64,000 nucleotides of DNA from an uncultured Alphaproteobacteria bacterium (GCA_944390265.1 CALXPK010000069.1:7322-71321), one strand, 5' to 3'; positions 28,227 to 36,738 are shown, counted from the first letter of the stretch. Notes: generated from the letters alone by a model not told the origin. Numbers and translations are program-made.

Positions 28227-28859
28227 ATGAAAAAGATTAAAATTCAGCTGTCCAAGTTTCAGTTTTGGACAGTTATTCTGATAATTGTTTTGACGATTAT
28301 CAGTTTTTTGCTCGGACGTGAGCAAGGTATCAAAGAAGAACGAAAACATCGCGATTTATCGTTTATGGAGATTGTGATGCCGAGCAAAGAAAACAAAGTT
28401 GCTTCCGATACCATTATTCACAAAAACCAATCGTGGCTCTTTTGCGAGCAGATGTTGAACGGCAATTTGGAGGTAACCAAGATTTTTTTGGAGGCAGCTC
28501 CGGCCGATACATTTATTGCCAAAGCCCGAATAGAGGTGGCCAAAATGCGCATGGAGATGATTAAGACATCGCGCCATCGCTATATTCGGCCGCAAGGTGC
28601 TTGGGGTAAATATTTGACCGATAGTTTGGGCGCTGAACCCAACACGGTTATTCTTTATGAAAACGGACTGGCGATTTATCGGAAAAATCGTTATTCCTTC
28701 TTTCATAAAGCGGCGTTGGAGATTGAGCCTTCTTCCTTGAGCGGAAAAGTTGAAATCGCCAAGGGTGTGGATGGATTTTACTATCCGGTTATATCCCGCG
28801 ATAGCACCCTTATCCCTCTAACCTATTGGGGAGAAATTAAAAAAAGCAGTGAAGACTAA
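28227..28859 (+). CDS. Hypothetical membrane-anchored protein
   Basis: One N-terminal TM helix (FWTVILIIVLTIISFLL). No family recognised. Confidence 0.55.
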   Translation: MKKIKIQLSKFQFWTVILIIVLTIISFLLGREQGIKEERKHRDLSFMEIVMPSKENKVASDTIIHKNQSWLFCEQMLNGNLEVTKIFLEAAPADTFIAKARIEVAKMRMEMIKTSRHRYIRPQGAWGKYLTDSLGAEPNTVILYENGLAIYRKNRYSFFHKAALEIEPSSLSGKVEIAKGVDGFYYPVISRDSTLIPLTYWGEIKKSSED

Positions 28860-28886
28860 AATCTCACTGCTTTTTTTGTTTTTTGA
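28841..28886. terminator. Bidirectional terminator between convergent genes
   Basis: AAAAAGCAGTGA-loop-TCACTGCTTTTTTTGTTTTTT. It overlaps the stop codon of the plus-strand gene. Confidence 0.65.
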
Positions 28887-28898
28887 CTTTATACCCGA

Positions 28899-30077
28899 TT
28901 AGCCAATCATTTCTTTCACGCGTTCTTTGATTTTTTCAACCACGTCTGATTTCGGGGTATATTTTTCTTCAAACGGAGCAACGGTTTCCCAACCCAAAGC
29001 CTCAAACACGGCTTGGATTTGGTTGACCACGCCCGGTTTCCAGCCATATGAGCCAAAAGCAAAACCTTTTTTGTTTTTGGGTTGCAGACCTTTCATATAG
29101 GTCACGAAGGCGGCCACACGCGGGAACATTTCATTGTTCAAGGTCGGGGTGCCGATGCAGATGTATTTGGCATCCAAGAAGTCTACCATAACTTCAGAAA
29201 TGTCATGCCAGGTCAAGCAATATTTTGTAACCGGAATGCCGGCATCTTGGAAAACGGACATGACAGCATTGGCCAAAGTGGCGGTTGCACCCCACATGGT
29301 GTCATAAACAATCACGGCTTTGCCTTCATCTTTGCCGGATGCCCATTTGTCATAGGCGCTCAAAATGGCTTTGACTTCTTTTTCACCGCTCCAAATGCAA
29401 CCGTGTGACGGAGCAATCATCTCAATGTCCAATTTCAAATCGGTAGCGGTACTCAAGGCTTTTTCGGCTTGGGCGCCGTAAGGATACAAGATGTTGGCAT
29501 AATAGCTTTGAGCCTCGCGCATAACCACGTCAAACGGGGCCTCTTTGACAAACAAAGCATCGGTGCAATAGTGTTGACCGAAGCCATCGTTTGAGAACAA
29601 AATTTTGTCTTCTTTATCATAAGTCATCATCGAATCCGGCCAGTGGAGCATCGGGGTGGTGACAAAAGACAAGTTGCGTTTGCCGATATTTAAAGTATCA
29701 CCGGTTTTGACAATGACATATTCCCAGCCGGTGGTATCATAGTGGTCTTCCAAAGCCTTTTTGCCCATGGCATTGGTGACGATTTTGGCTTGCGGTGCCA
29801 GTTTCATAATGGCGGGAATGCTGCCGGAGTGGTCTTGCTCAATATGATTGGCGATGACATAATCAATCTTGCTAAAATCTACCAAACTTCTGACCCGAGC
29901 CAACTGCTCTTCGGTCATGTAATGTTTGACGCCGTCAATCAGGGTGATTTTTTCATCCTTGATGAGGTATGAGTTATAAGTTGAGCCGCGCGGTGTGGTA
30001 TAGCCGTGAAACTCTTTCAAGTTCCAATCTTTGGCGCCTACCCAGTAGATATCTTTTTTGATTTCTACGCCGTTCAT
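28899..30077 (-). CDS. Flavodiiron protein (type A flavoprotein, O2/NO reductase)
   Basis: Metallo-beta-lactamase-like di-iron motif HIEQDHSG plus a C-terminal flavodoxin-like domain (AVIVYDTMWGATATLA). 392 aa. Confidence 0.9.
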   Translation of the reverse strand: MNGVEIKKDIYWVGAKDWNLKEFHGYTTPRGSTYNSYLIKDEKITLIDGVKHYMTEEQLARVRSLVDFSKIDYVIANHIEQDHSGSIPAIMKLAPQAKIVTNAMGKKALEDHYDTTGWEYVIVKTGDTLNIGKRNLSFVTTPMLHWPDSMMTYDKEDKILFSNDGFGQHYCTDALFVKEAPFDVVMREAQSYYANILYPYGAQAEKALSTATDLKLDIEMIAPSHGCIWSGEKEVKAILSAYDKWASGKDEGKAVIVYDTMWGATATLANAVMSVFQDAGIPVTKYCLTWHDISEVMVDFLDAKYICIGTPTLNNEMFPRVAAFVTYMKGLQPKNKKGFAFGSYGWKPGVVNQIQAVFEALGWETVAPFEEKYTPKSDVVEKIKERVKEMIG

Positions 30078-30116
30078 ATTTTTTCTCCTATTTAAATGTT
30101 TTTAACGCTTGCTATA

Positions 30117-30145
30117 TAGATAATATCTAAAATTGTTATTGACAA
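30117..30145 (-). promoter_or_regulatory. Candidate promoter for the flavodiiron gene
   Basis: On the minus strand TTGTCA, 17 nt, then TATCTA. Its -35 element overlaps the -35 of the divergent perR promoter. Confidence 0.45.
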
Positions 30146-30167
30146 GAGTAATTTCTTCTTTTAAATA
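30139..30167 (+). promoter_or_regulatory. Candidate promoter for perR-rbr
   Basis: TTGACA (30139..30144), 17 nt, then TAAATA (30162..30167). Confidence 0.5.
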
Positions 30168-30171
30168 ATAA

Positions 30172-30186
30172 TGATAACGATTATCA
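30172..30186 (+). promoter_or_regulatory. Fur/PerR-type 7-1-7 operator
   Basis: TGATAAC-G-ATTATCA is one mismatch from a perfect inverted repeat of TGATAAT. It lies just downstream of the -10 element and 17 nt upstream of the Fur-family gene. Confidence 0.65.
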
Positions 30187-30202
30187 GTTTTATGGAAGAA
30201 AG

Positions 30203-30589
30203 ATGAAATATTCAAAGCAACGCGAGCTGGTTTTAAAAACCTTGCAACAAAACATGGTTCACCCCACGGCGGACTATGTTTATGAGCTTTTGAAAAAAGA
30301 GCTTCCTTCCCTTAGTCTGGCTACGGTTTATCGCAACTTAAACCAACTGGCAGAAAACGGAATGATAAGAAAAATTGAAGGATTGGACGGGGCTATCCAT
30401 TTTGACCACAATCTTGAAAAACATTATCATTTCATTTGCACAAAATGTAATAAGGTATATGATGTGCCTTATGATGTTGCTCCGGATTTGGCTGACAAAG
30501 TATCTGCTCAAACCGGATTAATCATTGAAAATTATGACATTTCATTTAAGGGAATCTGTCCCGAATGTCATAAAAAAGAGTTTCACTAA
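30203..30589 (+). CDS. perR: Fur-family transcriptional regulator, PerR-like
   Basis: Winged-helix region [19 protein letters not shown], two CxxC pairs (CTKC and CPEC), and [14 protein letters not shown]. The PerR call rests on the rubrerythrin and flavodiiron context. Confidence 0.7.
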   Translation: MKYSKQRELVLKTLQQNMVHPTADYVYELLKKELPSLSLATVYRNLNQLAENGMIRKIEGLDGAIHFDHNLEKHYHFICTKCNKVYDVPYDVAPDLADKVSAQTGLIIENYDISFKGICPECHKKEFH

Positions 30590-30612
30590 CTTTTATTTAT
30601 TGGAGAGATTAC

Positions 30613-31155
30613 ATGCAATTAAAAGGCTCTAAAACAGAAAAAAACCTGATGGATGCATTTGCCGGCGAATCTATGGCTCGCAACAAATACACCTATTATG
30701 CTTCAAAAGCTAAAAAAGAAGGCTACAACATCATCGCTGACAAGTTTGAACAAACTGCCAATAATGAAAAAGAACATGCCAAATTGTGGTTCAAACTCTT
30801 GCATGACGGTGAAATTGCCGATACCATCACCAACCTCAAAGATGCCGCTGCCGGTGAAAACTATGAATGGACAGATATGTATGCCCGCATGGCTAAAGAA
30901 GCCGAAGAAGAAGGTTTCACCAAAATTGCCTACCTCTTCAAAGCCGTCGGCCAAATTGAAAAAGGTCACGAAGAAAGATATCAAGCCCTTTTGGATTCTC
31001 TTTGCGAAGGCAAAATTTTTGAACGCCCGACCAAAGTTATTTGGGAATGCGCTAACTGCGGTCACCGTGTAGAATCTCCGAAAGCTCCGGAAAAATGCCC
31101 GGTTTGTGATCATCCGCAAGCCTATTTCTTCCAATTGCAAGAAACCGAATTCTAA
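30613..31155 (+). CDS. rbr: Rubrerythrin
   Basis: Four-helix di-iron motifs ([24 protein letters not shown]...EKGHEERY) plus a C-terminal rubredoxin-like CANCGH...CPVCDHP. Confidence 0.92.
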   Translation: MQLKGSKTEKNLMDAFAGESMARNKYTYYASKAKKEGYNIIADKFEQTANNEKEHAKLWFKLLHDGEIADTITNLKDAAAGENYEWTDMYARMAKEAEEEGFTKIAYLFKAVGQIEKGHEERYQALLDSLCEGKIFERPTKVIWECANCGHRVESPKAPEKCPVCDHPQAYFFQLQETEF

Positions 31156-31175
31156 GATTTTTTCTTTGCATCAAT

Positions 31176-31208
31176 AAAAAAGCCTCCCCTTATCGGGAGG
31201 CTTTTTTT
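31176..31208. terminator. Bidirectional terminator between rbr and the convergent gene
   Basis: AAAAA-AGCCTCCC-CTTATC-GGGAGGCT-TTTTTTT. Confidence 0.75.
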
Positions 31209-31620
31209 ACTTTTGTTTTTCTTTCAGCCATTTTTTCCATGGCTGGCCGTTAATCAACATCCCTTTCAGATAAGGATTTTTGTTTTCCGGATAGGCAAAA
31301 ACCAAATCTACCTTGGCTTTGTTCTCGCGAATCTCTTTATCTAAAATCGGGGCCGCCTCTTCCGGAATGTAATATTTATACACACTCTCAAAACGATTGG
31401 GGTGGCATAAATCATCATCAAACTGGGTGCAATCGGCGTCTTGCCAATTTAATCTTAAATAAAGATAATGTCCGGCAATCAAACTCCTCGGATCATAGCC
31501 TTCGGCTCGAAGCGTGATTTCCGGTGCATTCTTAATACCATTATGCACATACCATGCCCATGTGCTCAAAAACACAATCGGAAAGGCCAAGGCTAAACTC
31601 AACCAGACTTTTTTTGACAT
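31207..31620 (-). CDS. GDYXXLXY-domain protein (variant motif GHYLYLRL)
   Basis: N-terminal TM helix, then EGYDPRSLIAGHYLYLRLNW, which matches the PVDPRdLlRGDYv.L.Y core of that family. Confidence 0.6.
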   Translation of the reverse strand: MSKKVWLSLALAFPIVFLSTWAWYVHNGIKNAPEITLRAEGYDPRSLIAGHYLYLRLNWQDADCTQFDDDLCHPNRFESVYKYYIPEEAAPILDKEIRENKAKVDLVFAYPENKNPYLKGMLINGQPWKKWLKEKQK

Positions 31621-32789
31621 TATTTAGACTCCTTAATTATCAGCATTGTGTTGAGGTGCAACTTTTTCCAGCCATATATCAAACTCAAGAATAATACGCC
31701 GGAAACAATCAACCCGACACCGGTGGTGACCATGCTGCCAAAAACTTGCAGATAGACAAAGAACAGACGCATGGCCATGCAAGCCGTGGCAATGTTTAAC
31801 AATTTGACACGGTTTTTGATTAAGGCATAGGCCACAACCGTGCTCAAAATGGCCATGGTCAGCAAAAAGCCCCATAAATCCAAAATTGTGCGGTTGTCCG
31901 GCAAAACCATATAGATTATTGAAAAGCCAAGCAATATGGCCAAAACACAGGTCAATAAGCGAGAATAATTATATTTATAGCTGAAATAGCCAAAGCCGAC
32001 ATTGGCTAATATCAAACAACTGATGACTAATATTGAACGATAGTTATCGCCATTCAAAATATCGTCATAAAAAATGCCGCTGAACATGTTGCTGGCGCCA
32101 AAATCCATCAACACCACCAAGGAGACAATATCAAACCCGAGCCAAAACTTCATGGCTTTGATTTGCGGCGCCAAACGGGTGCGAAAATAGTAAGAGACAA
32201 AACGATAAACATAGGCAAAGACCAATATGCCGCAGACCGAAATGGCAAACGGGAACGTGTGCTCAATGATTTCCAGTAATTCTCTAAAAAAGTAAATATT
32301 GGTCAAGGTATCAACCGATGACGCTGTAAATATCGGCAGCCATATCAACGGCAAAACAATCCGCCGACTGATGATGACCAGCGGAAAAACCAAAACACAC
32401 CACAAGAAATAGGCACTCAGCCCCTGTGTTTGGAGTTGATAAATCTGTGCCACCAGACCGATGCTGGCCAAAACCATCAGGCAAAACAACAAAAGCAACC
32501 CTTCAAAGAAAATGTCTTTGCCTTTGTAATTGCAATAAAAAACACCGGCGGCCAAACCCAGCATGATGAGAAAATCGGTGCTAAGTTTTATTGAATCGGG
32601 TATGATTTGCCAATTGGCCGATATCAGAGAAGCGATGCCCAAGGCAATGCAAAAGAAACCCAAGGCCAGCAACGGCAAGGTCAAAACCGGCTTGCGATTT
32701 TCTTTTTCATAAGCCGTGATATTCTTGACCTGCTCGGCCGTTATCAGATTTTGGGCTTGCCAAATTTCCAGTTTTTTTGAAATGCTCAT
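31620..32789 (-). CDS. Polytopic membrane protein, DUF2157/DUF4401-like
   Basis: N-terminal soluble segment LEIWQAQNLITAEQVKNI, then about 10 or more TM helices. Its stop overlaps the start of the GDYXXLXY gene, a known gene pairing. Confidence 0.5.
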   Translation of the reverse strand: MSISKKLEIWQAQNLITAEQVKNITAYEKENRKPVLTLPLLALGFFCIALGIASLISANWQIIPDSIKLSTDFLIMLGLAAGVFYCNYKGKDIFFEGLLLLFCLMVLASIGLVAQIYQLQTQGLSAYFLWCVLVFPLVIISRRIVLPLIWLPIFTASSVDTLTNIYFFRELLEIIEHTFPFAISVCGILVFAYVYRFVSYYFRTRLAPQIKAMKFWLGFDIVSLVVLMDFGASNMFSGIFYDDILNGDNYRSILVISCLILANVGFGYFSYKYNYSRLLTCVLAILLGFSIIYMVLPDNRTILDLWGFLLTMAILSTVVAYALIKNRVKLLNIATACMAMRLFFVYLQVFGSMVTTGVGLIVSGVLFLSLIYGWKKLHLNTMLIIKESK

Positions 32790-32804
32790 CTCTTTCTCCG
32801 ATAT

Positions 32805-32837
32805 TAAATATAAGAAAAGGCAGAAATTCTGCCTTTT
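32805..32837 (-). terminator. Intrinsic terminator after ppa
   Basis: On the minus strand AAAAGGCAGA-ATT-TCTGCCTTTT followed by CTTATATTT. Confidence 0.6.
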
Positions 32838-32851
32838 AAAATATTATCACG

Positions 32852-33403
32852 TTATCCGCCGTAACCGGCCAATGTGGTTTTCTTTTCCTCATAAAAATCT
32901 CGAGCTTCCACAATGGCTTTTTTGGCATCTTCAGGGCCCAAAAAGGCCTCAATTTTAACCTCTTTGTTCTCCAAAACTTTGTAGTCTTCAAAAAAGCGTT
33001 TGATGGTTTTTAAAATATGCTGCGGCAAATCTTCAATCGAATTATACTGCGCATATTCCGGATCATCTACATGCACGGCTATGATTTTATCATCGGCCTC
33101 GCCTTGGTCTATCATCTTCATCAAGCCAATCGGTTTGGCGCGCACAATTGACAAAGGCACAACCGGCTCTTGCCCCAAGACCAAAATGTCCAACGGGTCA
33201 TTATCGGCACAATAGGTTTTGGGAATGAAGCCATAGTTGGCCGGATAATAAACGGCACTGTACAAAATGCGGTCAACTTTCAACAGACCGCTTAACTTGT
33301 CCAGCTCGTATTTTGTTTTGGAACCTTTGGGAACCTCTATGATTGCGGTAATAATTTCCGGCATATTTCTGCCGATTTCAACACCATGCCACGGATGTAA
33401 CAT
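32852..33403 (-). CDS. ppa: Inorganic pyrophosphatase (family I)
   Basis: [19 protein letters not shown], and [12 protein letters not shown]. Confidence 0.92.
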   Translation of the reverse strand: MLHPWHGVEIGRNMPEIITAIIEVPKGSKTKYELDKLSGLLKVDRILYSAVYYPANYGFIPKTYCADNDPLDILVLGQEPVVPLSIVRAKPIGLMKMIDQGEADDKIIAVHVDDPEYAQYNSIEDLPQHILKTIKRFFEDYKVLENKEVKIEAFLGPEDAKKAIVEARDFYEEKKTTLAGYGG

Positions 33404-33510
33404 TTTTCTCCTCTTTATCTTACATTTTTTCTCTTTTTCTCCGCTGATGATAGGGCATTTTGAAAAAGAGTCAAAGATTTATTTATAAAATGTGTGTTTT
33501 CAGGTATTTT

Positions 33511-33554
33511 AAAATGAAAAAAGACAGATAATCAAGCAGAATATCTGTCTTTTT
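33511..33554 (-). terminator. Intrinsic terminator after ORF 33560..34051
   Basis: Perfect 12-bp stem AAAAGACAGATA / TATCTGTCTTTT with an 11-nt loop, followed by a T-rich run on the minus strand. Confidence 0.65.
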
Positions 33555-33559
33555 ATAGT

Positions 33560-34051
33560 TCATTTTGCTTCAAGAAAACGGCTAAAACCATCTTTAAACT
33601 GTTTTAATGTGCCGTTGACCTGAGTAAACTTGTAGTAAGCCACATTCAGCAGTTCTTCAAAAGAAATATTTTCGCTTTCTATTTCTTTTTTCCGCCTGAT
33701 ATAAGCATTTATTTTCTTATTGGAACGGGTTAAAACCGTGAAAAAGCTCACTTCTTTTATTTTTTCGCTCATTTCTTTCAGTTCTTTATATTCCTGATTG
33801 AACTGAGCAATGCGCGCCGCGGCCAGCTCGTTGTCGGGATGAAATTGTTTTATTGTGCTGTTCATATAATTTGTCAGCAAAGCCTTGTTATCCGAAACAG
33901 CCTGCATCTCGTGGTTTAGCTCGGTGGCACTGTGCGGAATGGTCAAAAGACTGACATCATACACGGCATTGTAAAACAAATTGAAAATTCCCTTTAAATC
34001 ATGCCCGTTTTCTTTAAACAGGCTTGATGCTCTTGCGACTTTTATTTCCAT
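33560..34051 (-). CDS. Hypothetical helical protein (163 aa)
   Basis: ORF with its own terminator. No family recognised. Confidence 0.5.
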   Translation of the reverse strand: MEIKVARASSLFKENGHDLKGIFNLFYNAVYDVSLLTIPHSATELNHEMQAVSDNKALLTNYMNSTIKQFHPDNELAAARIAQFNQEYKELKEMSEKIKEVSFFTVLTRSNKKINAYIRRKKEIESENISFEELLNVAYYKFTQVNGTLKQFKDGFSRFLEAK

Positions 34052-34135
34052 ACGCTATGTATTTTGGGTTAATAATTATCTTAAAAATTTTTTATCGGCT
34101 TTCTATCTAGCACCATTTTAGACAAAAATCAAGTT

Positions 34136-35266
34136 TTATTTGTCTGATTGATACACAATCATCGGGACAATCATTTCATTTTGTGTCAAGCCGGCGTGAT
34201 GCGCCTTAAACTCGACAGAATCTATACCATCCGGCGTTTGATATTGCAAAATTCTGCTTCCCGTGGCCAAGGCCATATAATCGCCCAAAAACTCTCTGAA
34301 CTTATGGTGCATCGGCCCCTCGCCGGCATAGCCTTGGCGCAAATATTCTTCCGCTGAAAGCAAAATAAAATCTTGTCCAAATCTTTGCTTGAACTCTGTT
34401 TCAAACTGCTCTTTTTTATCTTCTTTGACATAAAAAGCCACTGCACGCGGCTCAATGGCCGGCGGCAAGCGCAAGCAATCATTAATCTCTTTGATTTTTT
34501 CCAACCGTACATCTTCCGATATGTCTATCAAACCATGGTCGGCCGTCACAATCAACAGCGCATTTTGTAATTTTTGTGCCATGGATTCCACTCGTCTGTC
34601 CAAAGATTTGATTTTGGTTTTGGTCTTCTCGCTATAACATCCGGTGCGGTGCATGGTGGAATCCGGCTCTTTATAATAAGCCAGAATGAACTTTTTATCT
34701 TTTCCCTTAGAAAGCTCAACAATTTTGCCACAGACATCGTTCATGGTTTCTACATTATAGCCGCCCCAAAAACGCGCCACCCCGTAAGCCTTATATTTTC
34801 CTTGCTCATTGATTTGCTCAAAGAGCTTTTTATGGCTTAAAAACTCTTTGCCGACATCTACATCCAAACTTTTACCGGTATAAAAATCGCGCTTTAAAAA
34901 CGGCTCGATATTTCTGCCATATTCCTTAAAATAGCACTGCCAGCCGGCCCAGCCATGTTCTTGCGGGGTTAAACCGGTGTAGATGCTGGTGGTGGCCGCC
35001 GTGGTCGTGGGCGGAAAAACCGAAGATATTTCTTTAACCAAATGCCGTCTTAAAAAACTTTTTTCCGAAAGATTGTGCTCCAGCATATCCACACCCATGC
35101 CGTCTAAAACAAGCAAGACCACGGTTTGATAATTTTTTTCTAAAAACTTATCCAATGCCGGCAAGGTTGAATGATGAATCGGACATCCAAAATACTGCAA
35201 AATCGAGTTGGCCAAGTTGACCAAACCGTTTTTATAATCGGGCTTACAAATTTTGTTCATATTCAC
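34136..35266 (-). CDS. Alkaline-phosphatase-superfamily protein (type I phosphodiesterase / nucleotide pyrophosphatase-like)
   Basis: VVLLVLDGMGVD, FPPTTTAATTSIYTGLTPQEHG, and VTADHGL are metal-ligand motifs typical of this superfamily. Confidence 0.65.
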   Translation of the reverse strand: MNMNKICKPDYKNGLVNLANSILQYFGCPIHHSTLPALDKFLEKNYQTVVLLVLDGMGVDMLEHNLSEKSFLRRHLVKEISSVFPPTTTAATTSIYTGLTPQEHGWAGWQCYFKEYGRNIEPFLKRDFYTGKSLDVDVGKEFLSHKKLFEQINEQGKYKAYGVARFWGGYNVETMNDVCGKIVELSKGKDKKFILAYYKEPDSTMHRTGCYSEKTKTKIKSLDRRVESMAQKLQNALLIVTADHGLIDISEDVRLEKIKEINDCLRLPPAIEPRAVAFYVKEDKKEQFETEFKQRFGQDFILLSAEEYLRQGYAGEGPMHHKFREFLGDYMALATGSRILQYQTPDGIDSVEFKAHHAGLTQNEMIVPMIVYQSDK

Positions 35267-35813
35267 TTCTCAATTTGGAAAAAGTATTGATATCTCTATA
35301 TTTTTGTTCTTTTTTGTTCCACTGAGATTGCCTTTGGATACCTTCTAAAATATAGCCTGATTTTTGCGGCACGTTGGCAGATTTTTGGTTCAAAACATCG
35401 GTATGAATCACGATGCGATTGATGCCTAAACCAAAGAACTCTTTTTCCATGAGTTTGACCGCTTCTTGCATATAGCCCTTGCCGGCATGGGCACTTGAAA
35501 TCCAATAGCCAATTTCCAACTTTTTATCATTTTCTTTGACATTTAGGGCAGAAATCATACCCATAAAATTTTTGTTTTCATCCAAAATCATATAATTAAA
35601 TTCGGTGCCTTTGTCCCATTCTTTTTCGCAACCTTGCAGATATTCATAGCTGTCCTCAAGTGTGTAATCTTCCGTTGCCCAACCCAACCATGGCGACAGC
35701 TCCGGCAAACTTTTTTTGACTTCTTGATGATGCGCCTGCGCCGCGGCAAAACTTTTGACCGCTTTTTGCAGCGTTATTCTTGGTCCTCTCAAGGTTTGTG
35801 ATGCAATTATCAT
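35244..35813 (-). CDS. GNAT N-acetyltransferase (RimJ/RimL-like)
   Basis: EIGYWISSAHAGKGYMQEAV is the acetyl-CoA motif A. Its 3' end overlaps the start of the downstream gene by 23 nt. Confidence 0.75.
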   Translation of the reverse strand: MIIASQTLRGPRITLQKAVKSFAAAQAHHQEVKKSLPELSPWLGWATEDYTLEDSYEYLQGCEKEWDKGTEFNYMILDENKNFMGMISALNVKENDKKLEIGYWISSAHAGKGYMQEAVKLMEKEFFGLGINRIVIHTDVLNQKSANVPQKSGYILEGIQRQSQWNKKEQKYRDINTFSKLRSEYEQNL

Positions 35814-35893
35814 TTTTTATCTCCCTCTTTTCAATTTAGAGTAGATTTTTTATTTTTATCTGGCAATATGTTTTTGTATTGTGGAGAAAATTT

Positions 35894-36439
35894 ATGCTGA
35901 AACTTGTTTTACCGACGTCTCAATATTTAGATTCTGTTAAAGAAGCCATTACAGAATATCAAGCACACACATCACCTTTTGATATTCATTGTGTTGACAA
36001 AATGATTGAAGCGGCAAAGGATAATTTTGCAACATATTTTCAAGATATTGAAAATAAAAGACAAGGCATTAATTTGCCGGAAGGTCATGTTCCGAATACA
36101 ACGCTTTGGTTGATTGATGATGAAAAATATATTGGCTCTTTTGATATTCGCCATGAGCTGAATGATTATCTCTTGCAAAACGGGGGGCACATCGCTTATC
36201 AGATTATTCCTTCTGCTCGCCATCAAGGTTATGTTAAAGCTGGTCTCAAATTAACTTTAGATTATGCTCGCAAAAATCTTGGCATAAAAAAAGCTCTACT
36301 TACTTGCGACTTCAAAAATATTGCGTCTTATCGTGCGATGACTTCGGTGATGCGTGAATGGGGCGGTGAAGAAATATCTCCTTCTCTGGTTAATGGACAT
36401 CAAGAACATCGGGTATGGATTAATACGCAACCAAAATAA
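35894..36439 (+). CDS. GNAT-family acetyltransferase (COG3981-like)
   Basis: GGHIAYQIIPSARHQGYVKAGLKL. The ATG at 35894 is preceded by GGAG. Confidence 0.65.
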   Translation: MLKLVLPTSQYLDSVKEAITEYQAHTSPFDIHCVDKMIEAAKDNFATYFQDIENKRQGINLPEGHVPNTTLWLIDDEKYIGSFDIRHELNDYLLQNGGHIAYQIIPSARHQGYVKAGLKLTLDYARKNLGIKKALLTCDFKNIASYRAMTSVMREWGGEEISPSLVNGHQEHRVWINTQPK

Positions 36440-36447
36440 AAAAATGC

Positions 36448-36476
36448 TTGCTTTTATTTTGGAAGCGTTTTATATA
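36448..36476 (+). promoter_or_regulatory. Candidate sigma70-type promoter upstream of the tRNA-Pro leader / small RNA
   Basis: TTGCTT (36448..36453), 17 nt, then TATATA. TATAAT also occurs at 36473..36478. Confidence 0.5.
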
Positions 36477-36482
36477 ATAGTT

Positions 36483-36584
36483 CGTTGTTCGGATAGTTGT
36501 TCAGCCCGGCGGAAACGTCCGCGGCGCGTAGGCGCTTGCATGGGGCTGATAAAAAGAAAATGCTCCGGTGGAGGATTTTCTTTT
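36483..36584 (+). ncRNA. Candidate structured RNA (or tRNA-Pro leader) containing a decayed copy of the tRNA-Pro 5' half
   Basis: Shares the exact 14-mer GCGCTTGCATGGGG and GTTCAGCC with the tRNA. Hand-folded helices: TCAGCCC (36501-07) with GGGCTGA (36543-49), enclosing GCGGA-AACG-TCCGC and GCGC-GTAG-GCGC. A hairpin follows, AAAAGAAAAT..CTCC-GGT-GGAG..ATTTTCTTTT (36552-36584). Confidence 0.3.
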
Positions 36585-36738
36585 GAACAGGCGAAGATTT
36601 GTTAGTTTCATATTGAGCGACAGAGATAATATTGAAACGTTACAAATCGAGTGACCGAAGCGTAGTTGTTGAGCAAGCATTGCGAAACTTACGAAGCAAG
36701 ACAAGATGTCGCTTATTATTTTGAATGATATACATCAT

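Noticed and set aside
30653-31140. Alternative-frame ORFs inside rubrerythrin (30653..31072 plus strand, 30703..31140 minus strand). Similar nested ORFs occur inside trkA, the giant gene, fhs, parC, SulP, adh and others.
   Set aside because: They are fully contained in genes with unambiguous motifs, have biased low-complexity translations, and have no independent start signals.
34136-35266. PglZ/BREX-like interpretation of the alkaline-phosphatase-superfamily gene.
   Set aside because: No other BREX components (PglX methyltransferase, BrxC ATPase, BrxL) are nearby. The motifs fit generic NPP/phosphodiesterase-type proteins equally well.
36483-36590. SRP (4.5S) RNA, considered because the candidate RNA is about 100 nt long and ends in a terminal hairpin.
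   Set aside because: The universally conserved domain IV motifs (GGAA tetraloop context and AGCAGCC / GGUCAGGUCC-like sequences) are absent.
36546-36703. Group I intron interrupting a second tRNA-Pro copy in the anticodon loop.
   Set aside because: The intervening segment is only ~158 nt, shorter than known group I introns. The putative 3' exon lacks a T-arm and acceptor strand. Decayed duplication is the simpler explanation.
36542-36738. Possible tmRNA (ssrA). GGGGCTGAT at 36542 matches the canonical tmRNA 5' end, and TTGCGAAAC further on resembles the tmRNA helix-2 sequence.
   Set aside because: There is no matching 3' acceptor strand (CAGCCCC-ACCA). The only T-arm/CCA belongs to a perfectly folding tRNA-Pro whose acceptor pairs with CGGGACG. 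I found no plausible tag reading frame ending in ..AA-stop. The arrangement also does not fit the permuted two-piece alphaproteobacterial ssrA, where the acceptor piece comes first. GGGGC is simply the tRNA-Pro anticodon-loop copy.
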